Below, in pieces: positions 28,380 through 43,250 of a stretch of 64,000 nt of DNA (within the stretch, counting starts at the first letter, position 1; each line of letters begins with the position of its first letter). Below the pieces are notes generated by a model. It was not told the DNA's origin, did not search any database, and was given only the letters and a program-made list of their open reading frames with translations. The stretch spans positions 181,838,696 to 181,902,695 of the forward strand of contig NC_068981.1 of NCBI RefSeq assembly GCF_001194135.2. Reading direction: 5' to 3'. The stretch is from Octopus bimaculoides. Lineage: Eukaryota. The translations under genes were made by a program, and so were the position numbers.

Positions 28380-28700
28380 TGGTTTCAAATTTTGGTACAA
28401 AGCTGGCCGTTTTAGAGCAGGGGATAAGTCAATTACATCGACCCCGGTGCTCAACTGGTACTTTATCAATCTTGAAAGAATGAAAGGCAAGGTCAGCCTC
28501 GGCGGAATTTGAACTCAGAATGTACTGGCAGACGGAATGTCACTGAGTATTTTTTTCGTGTAGCATGCTAATGATTCTTCCAGCTTGCCACCTTATCTTT
28601 TCAGGGTCGATAAAATAAGTGCCTGAACACTGGAGTCAATGTAACTGACTTAACACCCCTCCCCCAAAATTGCTAGCTCTGTGCCAAAATTTGAAATCAT
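28380..28700. mobile_element. Two SINE family B copies in opposite orientation (minus 28380-28590, plus partial 28592-28700)
   Basis: Both end in the gtgccaaaatttgaaa-type motif on opposite strands. Confidence 0.75.
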
Positions 28701-30289
28701 TATCATAAAACACCATTTCCTGAGATCATAGCATAAATCTATGTAAATCTCCTTGTTAGGTTGGTTGCAGGTTTCAAAATTAGTTTGTAATTTGCATTTG
28801 AATCCAGCTTTTAAGTTAATAACGCTTAAAAGTATTAATTCTGGGATGCCTATTGCATGATAAATAACTCCTTACTTTATTGACTCGTGTTTAAATCCTA
28901 CTTTATTTAACACATGATTTTGACTGACAAAACAGATGCTACTTATAACAGGAGGCAAAGCTAATCCTATGAAGGGAAAAAAATTTGTGCCAAGATTAAC
29001 ACTAAGTTAGAGGTGTGACATATATACAATGCAACTTATACACAAGTAAATATGGTGAGTGTTAATTAATTTGGTGGGCTAAAAAACAATAATTAAAATT
29101 ATATCCATTTATTTTTTACTTGTTTCAATCATTAGACTGGCCATGCTGGGGCACTGCCTTGAATTTTAGTTGAATGAATCAACCCCAGTATTCATTTTTT
29201 TTAAAGCTTGGTACTTCTATTGATCTTGTTTTACTGAACTGATAAGTTATGGAGACATAAACACACCAACACTGGTTGTCAGGTGGTGGTGGGGGACACA
29301 GACACNNNNNNNNNNNNNNNNNNNNNNNNNNNNNNNNNNNNNNNNNNNNNNNNNNNNNNNNNNNNNNNNNNNNNNNNNNNNNNNNNNNNNNNNNNNNNNN
29401 NNNNNTATATATATATATATACACTATCAGCCACTCATTCTCGTATGTGCTTTGCTTGTTCATTGGTATGCTGCAGTTTAGCACAGTGGGAAGGACTCCC
29501 TCAAAGCACGGCATTAAAACACCTGAAAGTCATAAACAGGAAAGACAACTCTCTCCAAATCCCATTCAGGACATTGATGTTTTGTCATTTTTGTGGCTTA
29601 TGAACATCAGGTACCTGAACTGAATCACCAGTCTATGACTCTATACAAATAAGTGTAAAAATCATTTGCTGGTATGCCATGGCAATGCATGTGTAAGAAG
29701 AAATTCAAATAAGAATTAGAAGCAGCACGAGTGTTGTAAAGATTATCAACTACACTTACTTAATGTATGGGCTTTGCTTGTTTGCTGGTAGGGTGCAGTT
29801 TGGTATAGTGAGGATGACTACATGTGACTTAGTGTGTGTGATTGACCATCACTTGAGAGCTGGTGTTAGTGTTTTTACACCCCACTAACATAGTTCAGCA
29901 AAAGCAACCAATAGAATAAATACCCAGCTTAAAAAAAAATAAGTACTGGGGTAAATTCATTCTACTAAAATTCTTCAGTGCAGTACCCCAGCATGGCCTC
30001 AATCAACTGACTAAAACAAGTAAAAGATAAAAGGTAAGTCTTCAGGTTAGGTTGACTAGTTTAACCTTTGGCACACTGTTTTCTCTAGAAATGTTCCCCT
30101 ACCACTGCCCTGTTACTACAGGGGAGAAAACCCATGGTGACGTGATGCACCTGCAGTAAGCTAAACATTTTACCACAGCCTTGCAGGTCCTCTGAGTTAT
30201 ACTAACATCTTCAAGATGGGTATTCCTACTATGATGCTTATCCAACAGCTTATGGACCTCATCCTGACTGGATTTATATCCAAGTGTAA

Positions 30290-30951
30290 ACGCTAGTTGT
30301 ATTTGAAGATCCATTTTTCGTCACCAGTTACAAGTCTATCCAAAAAGGGTGAAATGAGTTCGCGAGAATGGAGAGAAGAGCAGATTTCAACTCAGGATTT
30401 GCGGTTGCTTTCGGACAATTCATGAGGTACCATTTTTCCATGTTTAGGAACCTTTCGAAGTTGTTGAAGATGACAATGAATAGTTGTATGGTTTGAACTA
30501 AGCTTTATTGCCAATTCTTCAACTGATAATGCCAGATTTTCTTCAAGTAAAGCCTCAAGGAGCTTATCATCAAACTCAACTGGATGTCCTGTTCGATCTT
30601 CAAGGCTGAAATTTCCACTTCTGAATTTTGCAAACCATCTTCTGCAAGTTCTCTCATTCACGCATTCTTTCCCATAAACTGAGTGTATGTTTCGATCCAC
30701 TTCGGCTGCAGAGTTTCCTTTTTGTACTCATAAACAACTTTGGTATGCTCTTTGGATAATTCCTTGTTAGAAAGGGTTTTAATCAAAGAAATTTTAATTC
30801 TATTATTCTGTAAAATAATATTTAATTAGTTTAAATGTACACAAATGCATAAAAATAATTTTTAAATCCAATAGACATTCTAAATTACTATTAAATTTCA
30901 TTCAATTTTAAAAAAGGTAAAATCGGACAGAACTTACGGGATGACCTGATA
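30290..30951 (-). mobile_element. Mariner 5' part (TIR, HTH, WVPHEL-like motif, first catalytic D)
   Basis: ORF 30392-30700 (RTCRRWFAKFRSGNFSLED...MVPHELSE) continues via a frameshift to FLDRLVTGDEKW; TIR tatcaggtcatcccgtaagttctgtccgatttt. Confidence 0.88.
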
Positions 30952-32630
30952 GGTGTTGGCATGGCTGTGAAGTTAAGCTTAATTCTTAAAAATGTGGTCT
31001 AGGATTAAGTCCCACTGCACACAACTTTGGTATGTGTCTTCTTCTATAGGCCTAGGTCAACCAAAGCCTTGTGATTTGGTAAACAGAAACTGAAAGAAGC
31101 CTATTACATGTGCATGTGTCGTGTTAGTCTTCCACCACTACTTAACAACCAGTGTTAGTTTGTTTACATCCTCGTAACTTNNNNNNNNNNNNNNNNNNNN
31201 NNNNNNNNNNNNNNNNNNNNNNNNNNNNNNNNNNNNNNNNNNNNNNNNNNNNNNNNNNNNNNNNNNNNNNNNNNNNNNNNNNNNNNNNNNNNNNNNNNNN
31301 NNNNNNNNNNNNNNNNNNNNNNNNNNNNNNNNNNNNNNNNNNNNNNNNNNNNNNNNNNNNNNNNNNNNNNNNNNNNNNNNNNNNNNNNNNNNNNNNNNNN
31401 NNNNNNNNNNNNNNNNNNNNNNNNNNNNNNNNNNNNNNNNNNNNNNNNNNNNNNNNNNNNNNNNNNNNNNNNNNNNNNNNNNNNNNNNNNNNNNNNNNNN
31501 NNNNNNNNNNNNNNNNNNNNNNNNNNNNNNNNNNNNNNNNNNNNNNNNNNNNNNNNNNNNNNNNNNNNNNNNNNNNNNNNNNNNNNNNNNNNNNNNNNNN
31601 NNNNNNNNNNNNNNNNNNNNNNNNNNNNNNNNNNNNNNNNNNNNNNNNNNNNNNNNNNNNNNNNNNNNNNNNNNNNNNNNNNNNNNNNNNNNNNNNNNNN
31701 NNNNNNNNNNNNNNNNNNNNNNNNNNNNNNNNNNNNNNNNNNNNNNNNNNNNNNNNNNNNNNNNNNNNNNNNNNNNNNNNNNNNNNNNNNNNNNNNNNNN
31801 NNNNNNNNNNNNNNNNNNNNNNNNNNNNNNNATTTTAGTTTGCAAATATAAAAATAGGTGGATTTGTTTTAAAGACAAGTTTTAACAGGAAAAAAGTGTA
31901 TATATATATACACACACATATATATATATATTACTAACCTTAAATAATAAAACAATTTTAAATCTCTCTTACATAAGCTTAATTCAATCTTCATAAAAAA
32001 ATTTCTATGCATTTGAACATAATCAATGGAAAACGAATTATCTGATGGACAAAACTAAAATTTTGGTGGGTTTGAATCAAATGCTTTGTTAAGCTACACT
32101 TTCATCTGCTGGTTAAATACATTACTAAAAGCAGTGGTGGGCAGGGCCACCAGTAACAAATTCTGATGGATCGTTTGAAACCAGGGAGAGAAGTTACCAA
32201 GATCAAAAAGTAGGATTTGAAATTTTAAGTGATTAGTTTAGTGCTTGGGCCATAATGTTTCATAAGCAATGATGATTCAGTTAGAAAAGGAAGCAGCCCC
32301 TCCTGACATCATTTTTTCCCAAAATGATGCAGGTGTTAGAGCCTAATTCAACATCAAAGGAGGTGGGATTTTGGAAAGACTGTTTTGAAAGAGATATTTG
32401 GGGAATTACTGAAATGAAGAGCTGAATGTTAATTTACAAAAAGGGAAATGGTTTAGTAAACACAACAAAATAACATAGATGCAAATAAATCAAGACAGGG
32501 ATTAAGAATTCTTTGACAAATTGAAGAAACAGAAAATTACATAAATATATTAGTTACTAATGGCAGGAATGTTTGCAACAAATTTTTCTCATGATCTTCC
32601 TCTTTCTGACAATAATAATTTATATATATG

Positions 32631-32671
<41 letters not shown>

Positions 32672-32679
32672 CATCATCA

Positions 32680-33080
32680 TCAAGGCAGTGAGCTGGTAGA
32701 GTCATTAGCACATCAGACAAAATGCTTTGAGGAATTCCTTCCATCTTTATGTTCCGAGTTCAGATGTCACCAAAGGCTGACTTTGCTTTCATCCTTTCAG
32801 AGTTGATAAAATACCAGTTGAGCACTGGAGGTTGATGTAATCAATTAGATCCTTCCCCAAATTTCAGGCCTTGTGTCTCTAGTAGAAAATATTTATTACT
32901 ATTAAGGCGGTGCACTGCTAGACAAAATGATTTGCAGTATTCCTTCCAGCTTCACATTACTCCAAATTCAGCTGAGGTTGACTTTGAGAGGGTTCATAAA
33001 ATAAGTACCAGTCAAGCATTGGGGTTAAGGTAATTGACTTCCCCACCCTTCAAAATTGCTGGCCTTTTGCCAATAATAAA
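32680..33080 (+). mobile_element. Two tandem SINE family B copies
   Basis: The head ggcagtgagctggtagag and the core occur twice. Confidence 0.75.
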
Positions 33081-34379
33081 ACTATTATTTGTAACATTGT
33101 CCTTCCATTAAATGTGGTCTGTTCCAAACAGATCATCAATATTTGACTGCTATTTTATTATCCCACTCCAACAACATCTGAATTCAAAACAAAAAGGAAC
33201 TACAAAGTACTCCAATGTCTGCCACAACATCACCCTTATTCAACATCTGCTCTTCTATGCTTCCACAGGTCTTCTCTAGCACAATATCTTACTACCAGCA
33301 GTGTCTTGCAGCCTCCTTCATATGATTCAGCATCCAGATAACAGTCCTCATCACCCCTATTCTATGACCGTTAGAGATCCTCCTGGATTGGTGAGAACAT
33401 TTTGAACACAAAAAAAGACAAATATGGTGAAACATTTTGCTCAGGTTTCAACTGTTTCTACCGATTTGCTATATTGTTTATCTATTTAGCCATGAAGCCA
33501 GAGATTTTAAGAGAAAAGGGGAATTGCTTGCTGTGACGTTAATATTTCTATCAAGTGTGTTAGCAGCAGAAACTATAGTGAATAAGAGATTCAAGTGAGA
33601 ACTGAACTAAGCCCTGAACTTGGTTTACTAGGAGCTTCTACCTGACTTTGTGGGATTATTATCACATGATGCAAAGTGAATGAAGCAAAGAGGCTGGCAT
33701 GCAAAGTGAATGAAGAAATAAAATAATTCTTTCAATTAAAATGTATGAAGGAATCCTGGATTCTTCAACATCACGATAGACAATCTTTGATAGAAGCGAC
33801 AGAGGGTTTAGCAGGACAGTTTAGTGCCGATCTCAAGGGTTTTAAGAAAATAACACTCCTGTTACATATATTAATGGGAAAGAATGTTTAAAAGATGAAA
33901 ATAAAATGGTTTATAAGCGTCTCTTAACCCTACAGAATTCCCTGTTGAAAAATTGTTTACACAGATACACATTCAGTTGAAAAAACAAAGGAGCCTTTAT
34001 GCATTCAACCTGCTAGAAATAGTAGTCACGTCACACCCAGCTATCTTAAATGAGGAAGGACATACTGAACAATATGGTTTTGGATGCCCTATGTCTGAAT
34101 AAAAGGGTGGAATGCTATTGATCATAAGTATGCTCAATCAAGGATGTCCTGGGACTTTAACACCAATAATATACTTGATTTCACAGATAAAAATGAATCC
34201 TATGAGAAATTAAAGCAGTTTTTTAATGCAAGCAATAACTTGTAAAATTTTAGGACTGCACTTTTTTTTTTATTAATTTCAATAGGATGACAAACAGATG
34301 ACTATATAAAAAAAAATTAAAAAATAAAGTAAAATGTGCAAACAGCACAGAAATATATGGGGGTGGGGGTGGAAATAAA

Positions 34380-35279
34380 CTTTGATTGTTCTTTTATTTC
34401 AAAATTTGTTTTATTTTTGTTTCACTTTGCTTACAAAGTTAAAAGAATTAAAAAGAGTAAAATAGAAAAAAAAAACAAAAAAACAGTATAACTGCAAAAC
34501 AAGAGCAAGTAGATGAGGAGGGGTTGGATGTCGGTGGGTTATAAATTACAAAATAACAGATTTAAAGAATGCAGATTTGTTTGAAAAGTAGCTGAAGGTT
34601 TCTAAAATACCAGGATTGTTGGGAAGAAATAGTTTGTTGCGTCTCGTCTTTTCACAACTGATCCAACAACAATACTGCTGAAACTTAAACTTTCAAATAA
34701 TGAAGTAATAAACCTTAGACAACATTCTTATATCTTCATTGCAAAATATTTGACTCTTTCAAACCCAAATCTGCTGAAAGAATCAAAAATACTGCAAAGA
34801 AAACAAAAAAAAAGTTAGATCCTAACCTGCTCCAAACGTTTTGGCCATCATTTTGTCTGATAGGAGATAGCTACCCACACAGTCAAAGTATCTCTGCATG
34901 AATCTTCAATCTCATCTGTGTGGTCATTTGATCTCGAATCTAAACCAAACTACTTATTCACATGTCTTTCTTGGTCAAACTCCATCTATCCACTACCTCA
35001 TGTCACATTATCACTCCACACATGTTTAAGAGTCCAATACAAAACATGCTTGGTTCAGATATGACTTCACATACATAATTATCTCATTTGGTATAACAAT
35101 GGTTGTTGCTAAAATTACTTCTAACATCTCAAAATAAGAAGACACCAAGAGAGAGAGAGAGAGAGAAAGGAGTAAACAAATAAGGAATAAACTCAATGAT
35201 AGATGTGTCCTTTATTATAAGTTTAATTTTGAGAAACAAATTTTATGGGAGAGGGAAATATGTTATATTCAACACTTCC

Positions 35280-35317
<38 letters not shown>

Positions 35318-36527
35318 CACACACACACACGCACACATATATACACACACATAATTAGTGTATGTACATATATACATACAGACACATATAGATAGATATC
35401 TTCATTAGTAGACTAAAACATGTTGATAGCATTATTTTGTTGCTTTGAAAATAGCAAAGAGATAAACAAACTCTAGTATTGGTAGGATCAAACTGGAAAT
35501 CCATCTTTCAGTTTTGGTTTCTTTGATGAAAAGAGATCTCTAAGCATTGGAGAAATTACTGTGTACCCCACCACCATTACCAGTGCCTTATCATCAATGT
35601 ACCCCGCTTCTTAAATCTCACATTTGTCCAATTATTTCTTAAGAGCCATTTAACTAAATTTGCAAAGTAAGAAGATTAATTTCGTAAAACGAGCAGTAAT
35701 AATTATAATAGAAAAAATTTTTGTTTCACTTCTTTTACAGAACATAAACAATAAAAAAATAATGAGTTGGAGTTTAAAATAAAAATACAAAAACAAAAAT
35801 CTGAACTGCAAACAGTTATAGAAGACATCACAGTTGTGGTATTGGTTTGGGGATAAAATAAATCCCATATTTTCCACTGGTCAGGTGAAATATTGCTAAT
35901 ATATGTTTTTAAACATACAAAAAAAATAGATGCAGCTTCATTATATATGATTTTTTTTCTTTTTACTTGTCTCTTTTTTTTTTCCCAGATTTCTTTCATA
36001 AGACAAAATTCTATTAACAAAATGTAATTACGCTCTTACATGGATTTTTTTGAGAAATAACATACAAAACAAAAAAAAAAAAAATCAGAAAAGGAGAGAA
36101 TGCTTTTTTATCAAGTTTTCAGCTTGAGGTGTCCAAGGAATTAGTTTGCAATGAAAGTGCTGTAGACCTTACATGGAACACCCAACAAGAGGAGCCCTCC
36201 CCACCACCACAAACACGTTCTTGTGCTACCAATTAGTGTGGGGAAGGGATAAGGAAAGAAGAAAAAAGTCGGTACATTCTGACTTGAATTTGCACACCGT
36301 CTTTATGCCAGGGCGAGGAAATTCAGAGTTAATCCAGTCAGCATCGTTATCCCAAGCTCCCCTCCATTCACACTGTCATGTCGTGATGGAGTAGCTAAAA
36401 GTTACGCTCAACATCAGAACCAGTTGGACAACAATGGAAGGACCATCTGCTTTTTGGAGAAAACAGAGAACCAACTGATAAAGTTCATCCTGATAAGCTA
36501 ATTGGATCACTTTGGAGTACCAAGTGC
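34380..36527 (-). other. Probable LST2 3' UTR; extent uncertain
   Basis: Follows the stop codon and is U-rich on the minus strand. Candidate AATAAA signals at 35216-35211, 34414-34409 and 34398-34393; the true end cannot be fixed without RNA data. Confidence 0.35.
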
Positions 36528-36653
36528 TCACTCTTCTTGCACGGTGAAATGAGTCACTTGAAATACAAAACAATGATTGCAGACACGCACTGGCTTCACA
36601 TGTCCATACTGCGGCAATGGAACAGAGTTAGCTGAGCATCGAGAACAAAATAC
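36528..36653 (-). CDS. ZFYVE28: LST2 terminal coding exon, FYVE C-half: [41 protein letters not shown]
   Basis: CxxC pairs and RVC motif; acceptor ctttccag; TGA stop at 36530-36528. Confidence 0.96.
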   Translation of the reverse strand, partial: VFCSRCSANSVPLPQYGHVKPVRVCNHCFVFQVTHFTVQEE

Positions 36654-39600
36654 CTGGAAAGATAAGAAGAGAGAGAGAGAGGAATCAGATAAGCTACCTT
36701 CAATTTAAAGTACACTTATTTTTTTTGTTGTCATCATGATTTAACATAACTTTCCATGCTTGCATGGGTCAGATGGAATTTATTGAAGCCGATTTTCTAC
36801 AGCTGAATGCCCTTCCTGTCACCAACTCTCACTTGTTTACAAGCAAAGTAGTATTTTCCCATAGAGAAATGTTTCTAAACAGAAAAAAAAATTTACACAA
36901 AAATTTGGATTTAAACCCAATTTCCAAAATCAACAGATTCTAAATTATTGCAACACTGCCGCCTGCAGGCAAGAATAGCTAAGACACTAAATAGATCTGC
37001 ACAAGTACTTTTTACTTAGAATATGAGTTCTACATTTAATATTAGTGGTTAGGGCAGCGGACTCGCGGTCATAGGATCGCGGTTTCGATTTCCAGACCGG
37101 GCGTTGTGAGTGTTTATTGAGCGAAAATACCTAAAGCTCCACGAGGCTCCGGCAGGGGATGGTGGCGAACCCTGCTGTACTCTCTCACCACAACTTTCTC
37201 TCACTCTATCTTCCTGTTTCTGTTGTGCCTGTAATTCAAAGGGTCAGCCTTGTCACACTGCGTCACGCTGAATATCCCCGAGAACTACGTTAAGGGTACA
37301 CATGTCTGTGGAGTGCTCAGCCACTTGCACGTTAATTTCACGAGCAGGCTGTTCCGTTGATTGTATCAACTGGAACCCTCGACGTCGTAAGCGACAGATT
37401 GCCTCTCACTTAGTAATTATGTTGGTTCAAATGTTGACTATCTGTCAATTCTGATGAATCAAAGAAACCAGCCGAATGTGAACTAGTAAGAACTAGATCA
37501 AGCCAACATCTCAACTGTATACTTCAGTCTGTGACTGATAGTTATTTATAAATATTAATGAGCCTGATAAATTACAATGACTTCAGCAGAATTTTTTTAT
37601 TTTCCTTACTACACTAGCTTTTGAACATACTTATTTTCTGAAAGACATATTGAAGTTTAGAAGTGAAAGTAACCAGATAACCATCCATGCATCCATTTTT
37701 TTTTCCACCCACAATTCCTGGGAAGGCTGTGTGGGTACAGTCCTCCCCTTGAGCACCTCCTTCCATAGGAGTCCTATCAAAGAAACCATCATTACACTCT
37801 CTGGCTGGATTCTCAAGCATAACCAACTGAAGCTATGGACATTATCCAATCATCCCATTCTCAGTCTACTCCGAGGTCTCCTGCCAGTTGGCTTGGCTTG
37901 AAGATGCTCAAAATGCTGGGTAATGACTGACCAAAAGAGTATGATCATGAATCCAAGTGGTCGAAATGGGGTTCCTCCAAAGGATCTCTGGAGTAATGTT
38001 ACATGACAGAGTTCATAACTCAGAGATGAAAGAGCCGCTCTAGGTTGAACCATTATTTCTCCACATCGAGAGGTCATGGCTTCAGTACCAAGGACATGTG
38101 AAAATAACATAACAGTTATATAAATATAATCATTCCTTTTTGTTTGGCAGCCAAATCTCTTGAGTTCAGTTTAATAATGGTTTGTGTCAATGACTATTTG
38201 TTTTTGCTTTTATAGGAGTCCTTGTGAATTAAGGACTTACATAGTTGTAGTACAGAAGAAAAGAATGTGTTTAAGAAAAGATTTGGCAGATAGATGAATG
38301 TGAAGATAATTTCTAGCATTGATTTTTATCAATCCATTTAGTATCATGGTTATTTTCTTTATTTCCAGAATGTGTTCTGTTATGAGGTCATTTTTGACAT
38401 CAACTATTCTAATTAAGTCTTATTTCAGTTTAAGATATTTTTTAAATTCTTATTGTCAATTTAAATGCTATGAGTTGAAATAATGAAATAAAAAAAAAAA
38501 AAAAAAAAGGAATATCTATAGTAAAATTCAATGTTTACCTTGCCACAGTTTCTACAATGATGTCGTCTCTTCACGAAGGTGAAGGGGGCTTTGCAAGAAG
38601 AACAGTGGGGACACTGTTCATCTGGAACCCAAGGAGGTGGTTCTGCAAATAAAGGAATGAAATAAGTTTCAGTTCTATTTCAAGCAGTTAGCAAAGCAAA
38701 AGTAAGTTTTACATTAAAGAAAAAACAAAACTAATATTCAGTTCCCCACTTCTTTTTCTGTTTTTTATTAAATAATTAACCTATTATTTCCATGGCAGTT
38801 TCCAGGTTTAATTGATGCTTTCAGAATCTTATGTCAACCTTCCTGATCATGTTGAAATATTACTCATCTTTAATAATTTTGTTTAAAAAAAAAGTGGTAT
38901 ATCCTTTGCTGACAGACCAGACTGACTGACAAAAAACAATGATTGATCTGGGTGGATAGAAAGCTTACCTTGGAATGACCTTGAGCGTGCATACTGTTCA
39001 AGATGTTGTTCATCATCACTGCTGGCACTACGAGCTAATAATGGAGGAGATGGCGAACCCGTTGAGCCAGAAGCAGCAATGTGATGAGGTACACCTACAC
39101 TTCCCATTGCGTGATTGGAGCTGGCTGTGTAAAGTTGAGAGCCACTCTCGATAGCATTGTCAGCCATTACTAAAGGCTCTGAACAGTTAATATCAAAAAC
39201 TGCCTTAAGTATACTGCGTAGATCACTGGCAAAATTGGTCTGCAATTGATCAGCCACACCTAGAAAGAGAAAGAAATCAAATGTGATGTTGTGAATATTG
39301 AAACAAACTTGATCAAACGTTTTTGAACCAATACTAAATTATTTTCCCTTGGAACCATGAACTAAAGAAAACTGATTCATAATTCCTAATTCACTGAGTT
39401 CCCAAATATCAACGATGCCAGTTTTCACCCCTATATTATCAGCCCTGAGAGATCCTCTCATATAGGCGCTTGGTGGATAAAAGCACAGACATAGATCCTA
39501 GAAAACAACTGCTAAATTGTTTGTAAATTAATTCTAACCTCAGATGAAGGTTATCTCTGCGAGCCTTACTGTGTGTGTGTGTGTGTTCGGTAAAAGTAAA

Positions 39601-41948
39601 AATATAGACCTTAAAAAGCACTGGTGATGGTACCATGTATTCTGTTTATCAATTTATGTGGCACCAGCTTTGAGCCACTAACAAAAATATCTCTGCTAAA
39701 CTATGAGAAAGTGTTGAGATATAGGTCTCTGTTTGTATCAGTTTTTATCTCTAAAATTTGAGATGCGCCTTCAAAGGAGTGTCCTCAATATTGGGAAATA
39801 CAATAATTTTAACAAATTAAAATTTCAGAGTAGTCTCTTTCATTCCTTTCCTCATTCTTTTTTTTCCACCAGAATTAGCCATTTAGAAATAATTCTCATC
39901 ACTAAAGATGTAATTTTAATTAATGTTTCTTAGTGTACTGCATCAAATAAACCAACAGCAACTTTACTATTTACTTTGCTATTAGTGACCATCTTTGGTT
40001 TCAAGAGGAAAAGGGTTCTTTCCATCAGGATAATGCTCAGCCACATACAATGAGGATGACATTTCACAGGCTGGAGCAGTTTGGATGGGAAACAATGCCT
40101 CACCCACCATATTCGCCGGACATTGCCCCATCTGATTAACATTTATTCCGCAGTTTTCAAAACCATTTGGACAAAAAAATATGAATTCTGTAGACGAGGT
40201 CAGAACAGTACTGGAAGAATATTTTTTATTTTGGAAGAAAGGCCTTGCAAGTCTACCAGATAGATGGATGAGCATTGTAGAAAATGAAGGAGGGTGTATT
40301 TTACATTAAAAAAGAACTTTGTTATCTTCATTTTGAAAAATAAAAAAGGTATAAAAAAACTGCATTATTTATGGGATGACCCAATACATCCATCCAATGC
40401 TGCAAGGGAATTGGTGGTAGGAAGGACATCATTTAAGATCTGTTTTTCCTACTGGCATGGGTTGGATAGTTTGACAGAAGCTGGCAAGGCCAAGTTCCAT
40501 AGTTGGTTTGGGTCTGGTTTCTACAGCTAGATGCCCTTCCTAACACCAACCACTTTATAGTGTACTGGGTGCTTTTTATGTGGAACTGTCACCAATGCTT
40601 TTTACGTGGCACCATCACCAGAGCTTAAAAAATATTCACTCACCTGATATACATACAAAAAGTCGATGAATGAGATCACTACTGTTTTGAAAGCGTGAAC
40701 GGGCTTCATTTCGGGAAGCTAGTTCAGCAGCTTGGATAGCAAGTGCTATCTCTTCATCATCATGGCAATCAGAATTATACGAACTCGTTTCACTACTGGC
40801 ACAACTGAAAGATTAGAAAGAGAAACAAAAGCATTTTTAAAAGTTACTGAACTTAAAAATCCTATTACAGTCTTTCTTTAAGATAAAGTGTTCCGATGCA
40901 AGGTTATTTCTAAACTAAAAATAAATGAAGTCTAGTCTTCTAATATAATCATCTACTCACCTCTGGCTCTGTCATACAAAACCTATTTTAAAGTGTTCCT
41001 ATTTGAATTAAAACCTTCTGACAAAATGTTATTTAAGAAACTTTTGTTAAATTACATTTGAAAAATCAGTTTGATATTCTTTTTGTTTTTTATTCTTTCA
41101 TTTGTTTCAGTCATTTCACTGCGGCCATGCTGGAGCACCGCCTTTAGTCAAACAAATCAACCCCAGGACTTATTCTTTGTAAGCCTAGTACTTATTGTAT
41201 CAGTCTCTTTTGCTGAACCACTAAGTTAAAGGGACATAAATACATCAACACCAGTAGTCAAGAAATGGTTAGAGGGGAGGGACAAACACAAGCATTCCAT
41301 AGAAACTGTCATAACCACATATATACAAAAATAAACACATTCAAGATGTCCTTGCTCATGCCAATATATATATGTAGTAATGAGGGTTTCTATGGAACGC
41401 TTGCATTCAGAAAAAAAACACACACTTCTGGGTTTGTTGTAGGTTGGCCTACACATTGTTAAATGACTTCCTTTTGAAATTCTCCCTGGGGATATACCCA
41501 ATTCACTGGTTTCAAATATGGAATTTTATTTCTGAAATTAAAGAATTGGGTATGGAAACAGCTGTAGGTAGGAGTTTCTATGTATGAATTTGAATGTCTT
41601 TAAATAAAAACATAAGTATGTAAATTTTCATCCATTTTCTTCATTAAAAAGGTTTATCTAAATACCTTTACATTTTGGTGATAAACTAATATACTTGGCA
41701 GTCTCTGAACGCTGGTATAAACTGGTGAACTAGGATGCTTGCATCCCTTAAGAGAATTTAATTCCTTGACTAATTAAATGAAATTATTTNNNNNNNNNNN
41801 NNNNNNNNNNNNNNNNNNNNNNNNNNNNNNNNNNNNNNNNNNNNNNNNNNNNNNNNNNNNNNNNNNNNNNNNNNNNNNNNNNNNNNNNNNNNNNNNNNNN
41901 NNNNNNNNNNNNNNNNNNNNNNNNNNNNNNNNNNNNNNNNNNNNNNNN

Positions 41949-41983
<35 letters not shown>

Positions 41984-43215
41984 GCACGAGAGACCTCAAT
42001 TTTGTTTCTGTCTTCCAAATCCACTCACAGGGCTTTGGTCAGCCTGAGGCTATAAATGAAGGTGGTATGCAGATGGAACTGAATCTGTAACTGTGTGGAT
42101 GGGAAGCAAACTACTATCACACGACATGCTGGCATATCTATTCGTGTTTCACTAAAAATAAATATGTCACAAGCACACATAACAATATTATAACTAAGCA
42201 AATATATTTTTTTTCTGCAGAACAAGAAAATGATTATATATATATATAATCAAGACAGCTGTTTCCAGTTGTAGACACAGGCAAATAATTGAAGTTGTGA
42301 ATGCTCAAACAGATTATCGTTGCAAATGACTGCAGTCTTGCTGTAGACATTAAGATATGGTAAGACGCCATGAAGTAAAAGAAACTAAGTCTTTAAGCAT
42401 GGTCATGAGTTTGGATAGACTTTTCACAACAGCAAACTTCTATACAATTCTCTTTTACATGTATCTGATATCTGTGCAGGTTCAAACTTCACAAAGATCT
42501 ATCTTGTCCAATTGCTTCTCAAATTTATTTCAGCATCCAAATATCTCCTGTTCATTCTCATAACTTTTTTTTTCTTTTCTTTTTGTCAGCTCTGCCTGCA
42601 TCATCATCATATTACCATGTTTTCTATTCAACAGCAAATGCAACTAACATCCAGTTACTTTCTCAAGTTCACATTGCAGTTTCTCTCATGTTTCACATTC
42701 AAACTCAGTATAACATTACAATGTGCAATAAACAAACTATCAGGAGGCAATCGACGTTCACACACTACATTAGTTGGAGAGTAAGGAGAAAGTGAGAACT
42801 TTACATTTTATTTGCTTCAAGTTGCTAGACTGCTGCCATGCAAGAGCACCATCTTGAAGGGTTTAGGTAAAAAAAAAAAAAGAAAAAAAAAAACTGACCC
42901 CCACCCAACTAATTTTATTAGTTTCTTTTGCTGAACTGCTAATTTTACAAGGATGTAAGCAAACCAACACTAGCTATTAAGCAGTGGGGACAAACACACA
43001 TATATATACACACACATGCATGGCAGCTTCAACACAATTTCCATCTACCAAATTCACTCACAAGGCATTGATTGGTGAGGGACTGTAATAGAAGACACTA
43101 GCCCAAGGTGCCATGCAGTGGGACTGAACCCAAAACCAAGTAATTACAATTTTTTTAAATATATATTTTCTTGATACTAGTATGGTTTCATGCAGAACAA
43201 GAAAATAATATATAT

Positions 43216-43250
<35 letters not shown>

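Noticed and set aside
42590-42780. Plus-strand segment with a strong acceptor, a gtaagg donor and two open frames; one frame would splice in phase to the CerS exon
   Set aside because: Neither peptide resembles the Trp-rich CerS N-terminus, and the base composition makes stop-free frames likely by chance. Only RNA junctions could rescue it.
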